Origin: an uncultured delta proteobacterium
Lineage (GTDB): Bacteria; Desulfobacterota; Desulfobacteria; Desulfobacterales; QNYZ01
Reading direction: 5' to 3'
DNA: 64,000 nucleotides
Assembly (NCBI GenBank): GCA_963845145.1
Contig: CAWJQU010000008.1
Span: forward strand, 1-64,000
Each line of letters starts with the position of its first letter. The stretch's first letter is position 1. Of the stretch, positions 29,312 through 40,760 are shown in pieces. The notes under the pieces were generated by a model. The model was not told the origin of the DNA. It did no database searches and saw nothing but the letters and a program-made list of their open reading frames with translations. A program made the translations under genes and the position numbers.

Positions 29312-32300
29312 TTATTTAACAGATACCCGATACAATAGACTATAAAGCGCCGGAATGAAGAACAACGTAATTATCGTTGAAAAAAACAGTCCTGCCATGA
29401 TGGCCACGGCCAATGGTTCCCACATCAAGCCTCCGCCCAAATAAAGGGGTATCAATCCCAAAGAAGTGGTGAAGGTGGTGAGCAAGATCGGACGAAATCG
29501 CTGGCGGCAGGCTTCAATGATAGCTTTGCCGGGGTTATGGCCCGATTCGATTAGTTCCATATCGATACGATCGATGAGCACAATGGCATTATTAATAACA
29601 ATTCCGGCCAAGGCAATGGCCCCTAAAAATCCAAAAAATCCGAAATAACTCTTGAAAATAATCAAGCCGACGACGACTCCGATAATCCCTAAAGGGATGG
29701 TGCTGATCACCATAAATGTTTTTCTAAATGAATTAAACTGAATGATGAGCAACATCAAAATGACAAATCCCGATAAGGGTAACCAGGTCGTCACAGCACC
29801 CATATTCTCCGCCGTTTGCTCGGCGTCGCCGCCAAGTTCATAGGTGTACCCTTCCGGCCAGGTCACCGAAGATTTGTCGAGCCAGACGCTGATCTGATCA
29901 ATGACTTCCTGGGCCGTTACCTGTGCGGTGATATAAGATTCAATCTTAATGGCGCGTTTCAAGTCCAACCGCATAATCTTGGCATAATCCCATCTGGGAA
30001 AGATCCTGGCAACCTGGGAGAGCGGCACCATGCGGCCGGAAGATTGGGCATGGATTTGGGTGTTTTCAATGGATTGAAGATTCTGGCCCAGAGAGTTCTC
30101 CGCACGCATCACAATGGCAAGGCTGTCGGCATCTTCACGGAAATCGCCCGCTCGGACCCCACTCAATACGGTTTTCAGACTGGTGGCGATGTCGTCATTT
30201 GTCACTCCAGCCATCTGGGCCTTTACCTGGTCGATATCGACGACAAACTTCATCAGCTTTGGACCCCAGTCATCGCTGACATTCTTGGTTCCTGGAATTT
30301 GGGTCAGCTTCGCTTTGACCAAGGCTGCCAATCGATAGAGTTCTTCTGGCGATTCGCCCAAAATGCTGATCTCCACCGGCGTACCGCCTCCGCCCTGGCC
30401 CAAGGGGTTCACACGGATATCGGCATCCGGAAAGGTGCCCAGGCAAAAGGTATTCAGGGCCTCGATCACCATTTGATTCTCGTCACTGCCGGTAGTGTTA
30501 ACCAGCATGTGAGCATAACTGGAATTGGCTTCATCCGCCTTATACCCCAGATCATAGGATTGGGGGCCCTGCCCAATGTAAGACGACCAGTCCTTAACGC
30601 CCCGAGAACGTTCAGGTCCGGCCAATAAGTTCTCGACAATATACCGATCGATCTCCTCGACAACGGACAAGGTCGTTTCAATACGGGTGCCCAAAGACAA
30701 ATTAATATCCACCGTGACGAGGTTGCGATCACTGTCCGGAGAAAAAATGAAGGGAACCAAACCAAACCCTTTTAAAGACAAGAAAAAGAGGGCCACCATC
30801 CCGACTATAAAGAGAAGCTTTACTTTTAATACCCACGGCAACAACTTTACGTATAGGCCCCCCAACCAGTCAAACACGGAACGTCGCGACTGGGTTTGGG
30901 GCTTAATTCGCATGAAATAGTAGCCCAGAAGCGGGATAAAGGTCATTGCCAGCAACCATGAGGACAAAAGCGCCAGGCTGATCACCACGAATAGCGGTCC
31001 CACAATATCCCCCATGGTGGATTCGGCAAGGTAAAACGAAAGAAATGCCGCCGACGAGGTCAATGTCGAAATAAGAAGGGGTACACTTAACTCCTGACTG
31101 GTGGAGATCGCCGCAGCCAAGCGATCTTGTCCGGCCTCCAGCTTAACAAGCATAGATTCGGAAACCACAATACCATTGTCCACCATCATACCCAGGGCCA
31201 TGATCAAGGCCGCCAGCGTTACCTGGTTTAGCCCCAAATCGATCAGCCCCATCAGCATCAGGGTCATCACCGTCACTGTGGGGATAAGCGAAGCCACCAC
31301 CAGGCCTGTGCGTAAACCTAAAAAAAACAGCATGACCACCAACACAATGGCGATGCTCTGAAGCAGATTGCTGATAAAATCGTCGATGCTTTTTTGGACA
31401 TAAAGATCCATGGAGGCCAGCCGGACCACATCCATTCCCAAAGGCAGGGTGCGGTTATAATGGTGAATCCGATCGTCTACCATTTTACCCAGAGAAACGA
31501 TATTAGCGCCCTCTTTCAATGAGATGGAAAGCGCGATGGCCCTTTTACCGTTTACCCTAACCAAGTTTACAGTGGGAAATTTCACCCCTTTGCGGATGGT
31601 GGCAATATCGCTTAAATAAAGCGCCCGCCCTTTTTCGCCCACGGGAATCAACAATTGGGCCAAATCATCGAGGCTTTCGAAATTACCGGTCGGCTCTAAT
31701 ATCAAACGTTTATCCGCCACGGTGATTTCACCCCCGGAGTCAAGGATGTTTGTGGCTTGAATCTGTTGCTGCAACAACCCCACAGTGAGACCGTATTCCC
31801 CCAGGCGAGCTGGGTCAAACTCGACAAAAATCTGTTGTTCCTGAACCCCGTTTAACACCACTTTGGCGGCATCTGGCAGCTTTATCAGGTCGTCTCGAAG
31901 GCGCTTGGCCGTTTTTTCGAGTTCGTCCTCAGAAAATTCTACGGTTAACAACCCTACCATAATCCCATAGACAACACCGACATCATCATCTTTTAATTTA
32001 GGAGAAACACCGTTGGGCAGAGAGGTCATATCTTCCAGCTTGCGTCGCAGGGAATCCCAGACACCTTGCGAATCCTCAGGCGACACCTGGTCCTTTAGCG
32101 AGACCGTGACGATGGACAACCCGGTACGGGATTGACTGGTGATCTCCTTGACCTCGGGTAACTCCTGAACCGTCTCTTCAATATTTTTCGAAACAAGAAG
32201 TTCCATTCGTTCGGGACTGGCACCGGGAAAAGACGTCACGATGGTTGCCACCCGGACGGTATACGGCGGCATGCTGTCTCGGGAAAGGTTTGGGTAAAGA

Positions 32301-32380
32301 GCCATGCCCATCAACGCGATAATGGCTATGACAGCAAATGATACCCGGTTTTTTTTTATGGCGATATCGGTAATATTCAT
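29312..32380 (-). CDS. RND efflux permease (AcrB/AcrD/AcrF family)
   Basis: 1022 aa; FPGASPE, ALGMMVDNGIVV, GIVINNAIVLID and RFRPILLTT. Confidence 0.95.
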   Translation of the reverse strand: MNITDIAIKKNRVSFAVIAIIALMGMALYPNLSRDSMPPYTVRVATIVTSFPGASPERMELLVSKNIEETVQELPEVKEITSQSRTGLSIVTVSLKDQVSPEDSQGVWDSLRRKLEDMTSLPNGVSPKLKDDDVGVVYGIMVGLLTVEFSEDELEKTAKRLRDDLIKLPDAAKVVLNGVQEQQIFVEFDPARLGEYGLTVGLLQQQIQATNILDSGGEITVADKRLILEPTGNFESLDDLAQLLIPVGEKGRALYLSDIATIRKGVKFPTVNLVRVNGKRAIALSISLKEGANIVSLGKMVDDRIHHYNRTLPLGMDVVRLASMDLYVQKSIDDFISNLLQSIAIVLVVMLFFLGLRTGLVVASLIPTVTVMTLMLMGLIDLGLNQVTLAALIMALGMMVDNGIVVSESMLVKLEAGQDRLAAAISTSQELSVPLLISTLTSSAAFLSFYLAESTMGDIVGPLFVVISLALLSSWLLAMTFIPLLGYYFMRIKPQTQSRRSVFDWLGGLYVKLLPWVLKVKLLFIVGMVALFFLSLKGFGLVPFIFSPDSDRNLVTVDINLSLGTRIETTLSVVEEIDRYIVENLLAGPERSRGVKDWSSYIGQGPQSYDLGYKADEANSSYAHMLVNTTGSDENQMVIEALNTFCLGTFPDADIRVNPLGQGGGGTPVEISILGESPEELYRLAALVKAKLTQIPGTKNVSDDWGPKLMKFVVDIDQVKAQMAGVTNDDIATSLKTVLSGVRAGDFREDADSLAIVMRAENSLGQNLQSIENTQIHAQSSGRMVPLSQVARIFPRWDYAKIMRLDLKRAIKIESYITAQVTAQEVIDQISVWLDKSSVTWPEGYTYELGGDAEQTAENMGAVTTWLPLSGFVILMLLIIQFNSFRKTFMVISTIPLGIIGVVVGLIIFKSYFGFFGFLGAIALAGIVINNAIVLIDRIDMELIESGHNPGKAIIEACRQRFRPILLTTFTTSLGLIPLYLGGGLMWEPLAVAIMAGLFFSTIITLFFIPALYSLLYRVSVK

Positions 32381-32394
32381 CGAAGTCGGATTTC

Positions 32395-33526
32395 CTATAG
32401 TTTGACAGCCATGTTTTCTAAAAGCACCTGCAAACCTGAGGTGGCCACCCGTTCGCCGATTTTCACGCCATCCTTGATTTCGAAACCTTTACTCGTCAAT
32501 GGCCCCACGGTCACGGAACGGCGATGAACAACGCCCTGGCCATTTTCCTTTCCCTCGATAACAAACACAAAATTTCCGTCTGCATCTTCACCAATAGCTT
32601 CGGTAGGAAGAATGATGTTCTCCGTAATCGTCGAGCTGCTGTCCCCAAAAAGGAAGGTGACATCGGCGGCCATGCCCGGGCGTATCAATGTTGACGGTTC
32701 GTCTAGTAGGACGGTGATGGGATAGGTAACGTCATCGCCGGAGGCATAAGAAATTTCTTTGACTTTTCCGGTAAACACCCTGCTGGGTATCGTCGGAAAA
32801 ACAACTTCAGCGGCCATCTCTTTTTTCATTTGCGCAATATACCGATCGGATAAGCCTACTTTGATTTCGGATTGACCGACATCACTTAGACTCAAAATAG
32901 TCACACCGCTGCCAACGACTTCGTTTTCCTCGATGAACAGACGGTTGATTATCCCGTCAAACGGTGCGGTGATCAGTGCATAGCCCAGTTGGTTTTTGGC
33001 GGCCTGCAATTGTGAACGCGCGGTATCTATTTGTGCACCGGCGGCCTGCAAGCTGGGCCTTGGCAGTCTCATAATTACCTTTAGCCTGTTCAAATTCATT
33101 CAAGGCCACACTACCGCTTTCATAAAGCTTTTCCACGCGCAAGTAGGACGAGCGGGTTGTGTTGACATTGGTTGCCGTGCTCTTGGCATTGGCTTCTGTA
33201 TTTTTTAAATCGGCTACTGCTGAGCTGTAGCTCACTTTCAAGTCGGTATCGTCAAGTCGTACCAACGGCTGCCCCTGAGTAACTTGTTGTCCCACATTCA
33301 CCAAAATAGCCTGGACCGTTCCAGCGACCTTAAAGCTTAACAAAGACTCCTTGCCGGATGCGGCCACACCACTAAACGTGGTCTGCTGGGCGGATTCAAA
33401 GGCAGTCACGATGATGCTCCGGACCGGTCGAATGGGTGCGGGTTCAATGGGGGGCGGTTCTTGCTGACAACCGGCATTGAATATCAGAAACGCTGTCAGC
33501 ATCAGGCAGATCGTTTTAGGTTTCAT
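32395..33526 (-). CDS. RND membrane-fusion lipoprotein, one frameshift near 33060
   Basis: Lipobox-like NAGC, LSFKVAGTV, ITAPFDG and IRPGMAA across two ORFs. Confidence 0.9.
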
Positions 33527-33546
33527 TCATCATACTCCGTGATCGG

Positions 33547-35901
33547 TTATTTTGTGAACGCCGTCTGGAAACGACGGGAAAAGGCCTCTTTTTCACCCTG
33601 TGTGCGTAAAAAATGGAATCCCCCCACCGAACGTTCCAGGTTGAAAATGTCGAGAAGCATCTGGTATTTGGCGATAACTGCGCCCTGCTCTGCCTGAACC
33701 ATGGCGTTCTGGGCATCAACCAAATCGGTGACGCCAAGGCTGCCCTGGGTATAGGCATCCTGGACAATGTTAAAGTTTTTTCGAGCAGCCGCCTGTGCAT
33801 CCTGTGATAATTGCACTTCACGATGCGATACGGACAGCGTTTCAATATTTGAGCGCACCCTGAGATAGAGTCGGTTTTTTAAATTTCTTTCATCAATATG
33901 GTATTGATCCAGTTGTAGTTTTTCACGCGCCAATTCATGCTTTCGCCGCCCCCCACTCCATAAAGGCAGGCTTGCCGTCAGGCCCACTGACCAGGGATGG
34001 TCCAAATCCCCTGGCGTCTTGAAATTTGTGTTCCACTCCTCGAGAGTCTTATCCACTTGCGCGTTTAATTGAAAATCGGGAAGATAAAAATCCCTTTGAA
34101 GATTGAGTAGTTGTCGATTTTGGGCTTTGATGGTCGCTGAGATCTGTTTAAGCTCGGGCAATTGACGGTCGGCTTCTTCCACCAAAAAGTGACTGAGCAA
34201 TTCCATTTGTTTAAAATTGCGGATAGTGGCTTTTACCCGGGGATCCGCCATAAAAAAATGATCGGGGTCACCAATCTCCATACCCATCACCTGGATAGGT
34301 TGATTAAGGGGCCGATCGATGAGTCTGTTTAGGGCCATTTCGGCTATGCGCACGTCACGGTGGGTATCGTTAAAGCTGATTTTGTCACGGGCCAGCTCGC
34401 TCTCCCACCGGTAGACATCACTCGCCCCAACATATCCCACCGATTGTTTGATTTTGGCAATGTCGAGATTTTTTCTCGTTACATTGAGGTTGTTGTTAAA
34501 AATATGGTAATTGCTTTGGGCCAACAACAGGTTTATGTATCCTTCGACAACATCCGTCACCGTATCCAATGTATCTGTTTTTTCTTGATAAAGAGATGAT
34601 TCCGCCAACAGTGTCTGGATGCCGATACCGGCATTAACATCATCCGAGAACACTGTCTGGGAGAGCTGCCCGGTGGCCGTCCATGCACCTGGTGCCGGTT
34701 CGCCCGGATTCCCGCCTGCGCGCTCTTTATCCAAAACCCTCGCTGTGCTGGTAAAAACGGCCTGGGGCAACCGATTCGATCTGGCTGAATCCACCTCTTT
34801 TTTCTGAATTCGGGTATTGTACCGGCTGGAAATCAGGTCAAGATTTTTTTCAAGACCCAACGCGATCACATCTAACAAGCCAACGGCATCGGTACCAGGG
34901 GCTTGATCCGGGATGATGATCCGGGCACGGTTGATTATTTCCCAGTCCGGATAGATGCCCACGTTTTTCATAGTGGCCATGTTCAGCACAAAATTATCCC
35001 CATAGGTGTCGATGACCACGTTCAAATCGGCCGGATCGGTGCCTTCGGCGATTTTCATGATATCCAAGGCGATCCGGCGGCTGATGGCGATCATATTGGC
35101 GTTGGGTGCGATGGCGGCCATAGCCCCGGCTTGTACATCACTTTCACCCAGAAGTGAAAAGGTGGGAATTTTTTTATTATTTAACTGTTGAATAAATGCT
35201 TTTCGCAAGGATTCATCCATGCCCGCCAGGGCCGGTGTCAGATAAACGGCATCCACTGGTGGCTCAATGGACTCAGCGAAAAACAGCGGATCTTTGGGAT
35301 CGATCTCAATGAGTGAAAACGTGGCCTCCGGATGCACAATGGATAGCTGCTTACCCAAATAACCATAAAGATCGGGAAACATCAGCATGTCATCGCGATT
35401 GATCAGCACGCCCAAGTGTTTAAATTCGAATATCGCTTTAAACGTCTTTAGATCTTTTTGGATATCAAAAGGCGACTCGATATAGGTAAAATGATGGACG
35501 CCGCTGGTGTGCCGGTCGGTTTTGATAATGCCCTGCAAACGGCGATCAAGGACCGCAGCTGCAATGGCAGGTTTAGCGTAGGATTTTAATTGGGCAAGAG
35601 CGCTACTGGCCGCAGGCGAAAGGGCCACCACGATATCCACATCGGTTGATGCCATCTGTTGTTCAACCACTGTCTTGACAGCCGCCATGTCACCGGAGGT
35701 GTCGATCGGGACGATATCCAGCGAATAGCGATGCCCCAGCAGTCCTTCGATTTCGGTTACGGCTTGATTAAAAAACATCTGGTTGGATGAATGGTGAAAA
35801 GCGATGATGTGAAGCGTTTTTTGGGCTGTGGCAGGTATTACCACCATAAATGTTATCAATAGAAAAATACCAGGAAGTATCCCTTTTCTACATGAATTCA
35901 T
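33547..35901 (-). CDS. TolC-family outer-membrane factor with N-terminal type-1 periplasmic-binding-like domain
   Basis: 784 aa; C-terminal ~450 aa has two OEP repeats (YTQGSLGVTDLVDAQ); N-terminal ~330 aa resembles ABC_sub_bind (IPTFSLLGESDVQAG, FVLNMATMKNVGI). Confidence 0.85.
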   Translation of the reverse strand: MNSCRKGILPGIFLLITFMVVIPATAQKTLHIIAFHHSSNQMFFNQAVTEIEGLLGHRYSLDIVPIDTSGDMAAVKTVVEQQMASTDVDIVVALSPAASSALAQLKSYAKPAIAAAVLDRRLQGIIKTDRHTSGVHHFTYIESPFDIQKDLKTFKAIFEFKHLGVLINRDDMLMFPDLYGYLGKQLSIVHPEATFSLIEIDPKDPLFFAESIEPPVDAVYLTPALAGMDESLRKAFIQQLNNKKIPTFSLLGESDVQAGAMAAIAPNANMIAISRRIALDIMKIAEGTDPADLNVVIDTYGDNFVLNMATMKNVGIYPDWEIINRARIIIPDQAPGTDAVGLLDVIALGLEKNLDLISSRYNTRIQKKEVDSARSNRLPQAVFTSTARVLDKERAGGNPGEPAPGAWTATGQLSQTVFSDDVNAGIGIQTLLAESSLYQEKTDTLDTVTDVVEGYINLLLAQSNYHIFNNNLNVTRKNLDIAKIKQSVGYVGASDVYRWESELARDKISFNDTHRDVRIAEMALNRLIDRPLNQPIQVMGMEIGDPDHFFMADPRVKATIRNFKQMELLSHFLVEEADRQLPELKQISATIKAQNRQLLNLQRDFYLPDFQLNAQVDKTLEEWNTNFKTPGDLDHPWSVGLTASLPLWSGGRRKHELAREKLQLDQYHIDERNLKNRLYLRVRSNIETLSVSHREVQLSQDAQAAARKNFNIVQDAYTQGSLGVTDLVDAQNAMVQAEQGAVIAKYQMLLDIFNLERSVGGFHFLRTQGEKEAFSRRFQTAFTK

Positions 35902-36164
35902 ATAAGACAGACCTATTAGATGATTGGTTAATTTGTTATATGGTGTAAATCTAAAAAATCACAATGATAAGCGGTATCCTAATAATATTACAGATTTTTT
36001 TTAAAACAAGATCAATATTCCTATCCATCCACAAAACAGCACCCAGGGTTTACAACTCACCATAATTGCGATGTAAATCTCTTTATAATTAAGCCGCCCT
36101 ACAATCAAACGGGTCCCGACATGATCTAATGAGCAAATCTTTTTTACTTTTTTATCCTATCCCC

Positions 36165-36191
36165 TAAAGATATCCGTAAACCGGTCGATAA
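36165..36191 (+). promoter_or_regulatory. Sigma-28 (FliA) promoter
   Basis: TAAAGATA-N11-GTCGATAA, i.e. TAAA-N15-GTCGATAA versus consensus TAAA-N15-GCCGATAA. Confidence 0.75.
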
Positions 36192-36334
36192 TATATTCTA
36201 ACAGTATGAATTATAAGGTTGAGGCAGATTCTAATATTCGCGCCTTGGCCTGATAAGTTAGCCTGTATCATGAAATGTATTCTTGTAGGCAAGCAACTTC
36301 AAGCCGAAAAACAAATCAAAATGGAGCATGAATC

Positions 36335-37315
36335 ATGAGAAGAACCCTCGTTTCCGTAGTAATCGTAGCACTGATGATGTCGTGTCTGGCAGTAGGCAAT
36401 GTTAACGCAGCGGACAAGCCCATACTGAAAATCGGCTATAGTGACTGGCCGGGTTGGGTTGCCTGGGAAATAGGTGTTAAGAAGGGTTGGTTTAAAGAAG
36501 CCGGGGTTGATGCCCGTTTTTTCTGGTATGATTATGTTGCCTCCATGGACGAATTTGCGGCAAATAAGCTGGATGCTGTTTGCATGACCAATATTGATGC
36601 CCTTTTTACCGGCGCAACAGGACGCCACGGTAAGGCTGTCGTCATAAACGATTACTCCAACGGTTCCGACATGATCGTTGCCCAGGCGGGCATTGCCAGT
36701 GTTAGCGACTTAAAAGGTAAAAAGGTGGCCTTGGAAGTGGGGCTATTGGAACAACTGCTCCTTCGAAAAGCACTTGAAAGCAACGGCCTTTCCGAAACGG
36801 ATGTCACCGTGATCAATCTTCCCACAGACAAGTTGCCGCTGGCCCTTAAGGTTAAAAAAGCCGATGCTGTTGTCGCCTGGCAACCCAGCTCCGGCGAAGC
36901 ACTGACGGCGGCTGCCGGATCCAAGGCAATTTTTAGCAGCGCTGACGTTCCAGGATTGATCTACGACGCCCTCTTCGTCGGCGATGAAAGTTTAAAAGCC
37001 CATCCTGATGAGTGGAAAAAGGTCGCCGATGTATGGTTTCGTATTGTTGACTTTATTAAAGACCCAGCGAACAAAACTGAAGTCCTCGCCATCATGAGTC
37101 ACCGTGCAGGCGTACCTGCAGCCGAATACGGGCCCATGCTAAATGGCGCATTTTTATTGGACCGGCCGGGGAACCAAAAAGCGTTTGCAGTCGGTGACGG
37201 ATTGGATTCGATTTACGGCTCCACTAAAGTTGCAGACCAATTTAATATGGACATGAAAAATTACACAGCCAAACAAGATGTGGACAGCTATATCTATCCT
37301 GACTTTGCTAAGTAA
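36335..37315 (+). CDS. NitT/TauT (NMT1/SsuA-like) ABC-type solute-binding protein, orphan
   Basis: Signal peptide, KIGYSDWPGWVAW, DYSNG.D and DLKGKKVA; no permease or ATPase adjacent. Confidence 0.88.
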   Translation: MRRTLVSVVIVALMMSCLAVGNVNAADKPILKIGYSDWPGWVAWEIGVKKGWFKEAGVDARFFWYDYVASMDEFAANKLDAVCMTNIDALFTGATGRHGKAVVINDYSNGSDMIVAQAGIASVSDLKGKKVALEVGLLEQLLLRKALESNGLSETDVTVINLPTDKLPLALKVKKADAVVAWQPSSGEALTAAAGSKAIFSSADVPGLIYDALFVGDESLKAHPDEWKKVADVWFRIVDFIKDPANKTEVLAIMSHRAGVPAAEYGPMLNGAFLLDRPGNQKAFAVGDGLDSIYGSTKVADQFNMDMKNYTAKQDVDSYIYPDFAK

Positions 37316-37422
37316 ATTAATTAGCTTAAAGGCCAACGGGGCGTTGGTCAATACGCCCCCAAGACGATTGCATAACCCCATAAGGACAGTGGCCAAATCT
37401 AATTATCAAAGGACAAATAGAA

Positions 37423-39435
37423 ATGAAACGTAAAAGCATCCAAATGAAAATTGCCGCTTGGTCGGGATTGTGCCTGCTGGTTACAGCTACGGCCATTGTC
37501 AGTTTTGCTGCAGTGAATATGAAAAATGCCGCCCATGCCCAGAGAGAAGAGGCCATCCAGACGGCAAAGAAAATTGCCTCAACGACGGCTGAGGAAAAGG
37601 CCGGGCAAATCAAAGCCGAACTGGAAAAAGCGATGGATGTGGCCCGAACTCTTGCCGAAACATTTTCGGGAATAAAAGATGATCGGGCCAACTTAAAACT
37701 GGATCGTGATGCCATCAATAACATCCTGAAAATCATCCTCGAACGAAATCCGCTTTTTACAGGCGTCTACACAGCCTGGGAGCCCAACGCACTGGATGAT
37801 CTTGATGACCTTTACAAGGACACCGACGGAAACGATGCCACTGGCCGCTACGTGCCCTATTGGAGTCGCAACAAGCAGGGTGAGATCGCCATGAAACCCC
37901 TGATCGATTACGCTGTTGAGGGGCCTGGTGATTACTACCAACGACCCCAAAAGACAAAAACGGAATGCCTCATTGATCCCAGGATTTACCCTGTTCATGG
38001 CCAGCCCACATTGATGACCTCCCTGGTCGTGCCCGTTATGGTCGGTACCACTTTTTACGGGATCGCCGGGATCGACCTTCAGCTTGATTTTTTACAAGCA
38101 ATTTCGGATGATGTAGAGGGTTTGTACGATGGCGCCGCGAAAATCGTAATCATCAGCCACAATGGCACTCTCGTTGGGGTAACCCAACAGCCTGATTTAC
38201 AAGGTCAGCCCCTAAAAACGATTTCCGAGAATGTTTCCGAGGATCTGGCGTTGATTCAATCCGGTGAAACGAAAGTCGTTACCAACGAGAAGGGCGAACT
38301 GGAAGTACTGGTGCCGATATCCTTAGGTAAAGCCCAAACGCCCTGGAGTGTCAAAATCCTCATCCCCGAAGAAAAGGTGACCCTAGCGGCAGACACCCAG
38401 ATGCAAGCTGCAATCCAGAACGTATGGAAGATGACCGGAATCGGTGTAGCCTGCGCGATAAGCGCATTGGTACTACTCTGGTTTGTGGCCCTCAGTATCG
38501 CGAAACCTATTCGACGGGCGACAAATAGCCTGACAGAAAAGTCCGAAAATGTAACCCTGACGGCAGCACAAATCACTGATTCCAGCCAGGAGTTGGCTGC
38601 AGGCGCATCTCAACAGGCCGCCTCTATTGAGGAGACCTCCTCTTCCCTCGAGGAGATGTCTGCAATGACCAAGCAAAACGCTGACAATGCGTCTGAGGCC
38701 AAACAATTGATGACAGCAACGGAACAGATTGTTGCTCAGGCAAACCAGTCCATGGATCAGCTAACACAATCGATGGATGAAATTAACCGGTCCAGTGAAG
38801 AGACATCCAAAATCATCAAAACGATTGATGAAATTGCCTTTCAGACCAATCTTCTGGCTCTAAATGCAGCTGTAGAGGCAGCACGAGCTGGTGAGGCTGG
38901 TGCCGGATTTGCTGTTGTCGCAGATGAAGTTAGAAATCTGGCGATGCGGGCAGCCGAGGCTGCCACAAGCACGACGGCTCTGATTGATGATACAACCAAG
39001 AAAGTTGCCGAAGGGTCCACTTTGCTAAACAGCACCAATACTGATTTTGACAAGGTCACCGAAAGTGCCGCCAAGGTCGGTGATTTGATTCGAGAAATCG
39101 CTGCCGCATCGAAAGAACAAGCCCAAGGTATTGAGCAGGTTAACAGAGCCGTTTCCGAAATGGATAAAGTTGTTCAGCAGACCGCTTCCGGTGCTGAAAA
39201 ATCAGCATCAGCAAGTGAGGGAATGAAGATCAGTTCTACAGAGATGAAAGCACTTGTCGATCAGATTGCCAACCTGCTGGAGGGAACACTCGAATCAACT
39301 CGTCCGGCGGGCACCTCTTTAGAAAAGAAGATAAAGCCTATTTTCTCTGCTTCACGTAAAAAATCCAAACCAAAGGCTAAATTTGATGCAGAACAATTTG
39401 TGTCAGTGAAAAACGAAGCTATAGATGCGTTTTGA
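37423..39435 (+). CDS. Methyl-accepting chemotaxis protein with double-Cache-like sensor
   Basis: Two TM segments around a ~300-aa periplasmic domain ([31 protein letters not shown]); [34 protein letters not shown]. Confidence 0.95.
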   Translation: MKRKSIQMKIAAWSGLCLLVTATAIVSFAAVNMKNAAHAQREEAIQTAKKIASTTAEEKAGQIKAELEKAMDVARTLAETFSGIKDDRANLKLDRDAINNILKIILERNPLFTGVYTAWEPNALDDLDDLYKDTDGNDATGRYVPYWSRNKQGEIAMKPLIDYAVEGPGDYYQRPQKTKTECLIDPRIYPVHGQPTLMTSLVVPVMVGTTFYGIAGIDLQLDFLQAISDDVEGLYDGAAKIVIISHNGTLVGVTQQPDLQGQPLKTISENVSEDLALIQSGETKVVTNEKGELEVLVPISLGKAQTPWSVKILIPEEKVTLAADTQMQAAIQNVWKMTGIGVACAISALVLLWFVALSIAKPIRRATNSLTEKSENVTLTAAQITDSSQELAAGASQQAASIEETSSSLEEMSAMTKQNADNASEAKQLMTATEQIVAQANQSMDQLTQSMDEINRSSEETSKIIKTIDEIAFQTNLLALNAAVEAARAGEAGAGFAVVADEVRNLAMRAAEAATSTTALIDDTTKKVAEGSTLLNSTNTDFDKVTESAAKVGDLIREIAAASKEQAQGIEQVNRAVSEMDKVVQQTASGAEKSASASEGMKISSTEMKALVDQIANLLEGTLESTRPAGTSLEKKIKPIFSASRKKSKPKAKFDAEQFVSVKNEAIDAF

Positions 39436-39455
39436 TATTATCCTTTATCCTGAAT

Positions 39456-39493
39456 ATATAAGGGTGGTATTTTAGTTAGTATCACCCTTATAT
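39456..39493. terminator. Hairpin terminator after the MCP
   Basis: 16-bp stem ATATAAGGGTGGTATT/AGTATCACCCTTATAT with a 6-nt loop, between convergent genes. Confidence 0.65.
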
Positions 39494-39652
39494 TGTTCAA
39501 GCGACCTCTTTTGATTTAACGGTCGAACTTTCACCCTAACGCTGCATAAAAATTGAGCTCAAAATGCGATAGATGATGTCATTGCGGTATAAAAAGTTTC
39601 GTCGCATGTGGGCTCTATCCAAGGAATTGCGGACGCGCTGTTGCATAGGATG

Positions 39653-40681
39653 CTACAACCAATCATAAAGCAGGACGCCGGCCCCGATCCTATTTACATT
39701 TTGATCGTAATCAATCAGGCTTTCACCATATCCGGAGAAGTACTGGATATAACCTTTGATGTATTTATAATTGCCAAATGGAAAACTCCAGCCAAGTTCG
39801 ACGGCTCCGTTTTCGAAGTTGGATTCGATAAGATTCCGAACCATCATACTGAGGGTATGCCCACCTCGATGATAGATGGCGCGAAGTTCGCCATGCCCCA
39901 GATAATCTGTGATATCCGGGTTATCATCATTTTCAGATTTCTCCTGAATCCTGATCCAGGGTTTGATACTGAGGGCCAGATTCCGCTTTTCGAATATGAA
40001 GTCGGCATAGATTCGGTTCCAACTTCTTGACAATACGCCTCCTTGCCCATTGGACTGGTGGACGACCCCTAGTATATTTAATGCATTGCTGATTCCGGCA
40101 AAATCAAACCCCGAGCGGACCTGCAACCATACTTCGGGTTCATGATTGGTTTCTCTAAACGGTGAAGATAACTCCTTGTCGTAAACCTGCCAGAAGGAAC
40201 GATTCGTATAGGCGGCATAGATATCCACTGGACGATTGAACAACGCCACTGCCAAGGGTGTTTTGAAGCTGATCTGGAACTGGGCTTCGATATCTTTGAC
40301 GTCCAGGGAATCATTGTCATACTGTTCTGCGTACGCGGCGGGATTGTAACCATTAAAATTGTAAGCGCCCAATAGGATATAATTCGGTTTATGGGCCATG
40401 ATTGAAAATCGCTTGTGGAGAATCGCTTTATCAGCCGCCAATCTCTTTTGAACCGCTTGTTCCGGCTGAGTTTCCGCTGCCATTTGTTTTTGACAGGTGG
40501 CTCTGATCTCTCCAATGGTTGTCTTGTCTTCTGCGGACTGAATAAGCTCAAGAATACAGTTATTCAAGCGGTCGTCTGCTTCTGTTTGACTTATTGACGG
40601 CGGTGACCAGCCAAAAGTTATCAGGAAAAAGGTTATGCTTACGATACAGTACGATTTGAAAGCTTTACCCAATATCTTCAT
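39653..40681 (-). CDS. pldA: Outer-membrane phospholipase A
   Basis: AYTNRSFWQVY, SPFRETNHEPE, HQSNG catalytic motif, SRSWNRIY and GYGESLIDY. Confidence 0.92.
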   Translation of the reverse strand: MKILGKAFKSYCIVSITFFLITFGWSPPSISQTEADDRLNNCILELIQSAEDKTTIGEIRATCQKQMAAETQPEQAVQKRLAADKAILHKRFSIMAHKPNYILLGAYNFNGYNPAAYAEQYDNDSLDVKDIEAQFQISFKTPLAVALFNRPVDIYAAYTNRSFWQVYDKELSSPFRETNHEPEVWLQVRSGFDFAGISNALNILGVVHQSNGQGGVLSRSWNRIYADFIFEKRNLALSIKPWIRIQEKSENDDNPDITDYLGHGELRAIYHRGGHTLSMMVRNLIESNFENGAVELGWSFPFGNYKYIKGYIQYFSGYGESLIDYDQNVNRIGAGVLLYDWL

Positions 40682-40760
40682 GCAATCTCCAAAATAAAAA
40701 TACGATTTGCCCGACAGGTATATAAAGCCATATCATTTTTTTGCTCAATTTAATATCTAA

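Noticed and set aside
29816..30628. 270-aa ORF on the plus strand
   Set aside because: Antisense to the RND permease
35902..36334. Guanidine or c-di-GMP riboswitch upstream of the orphan binding protein
   Set aside because: No conserved ykkC, mini-ykkC or GEMM motifs seen; only a weak G-U-rich hairpin near 36216-36251
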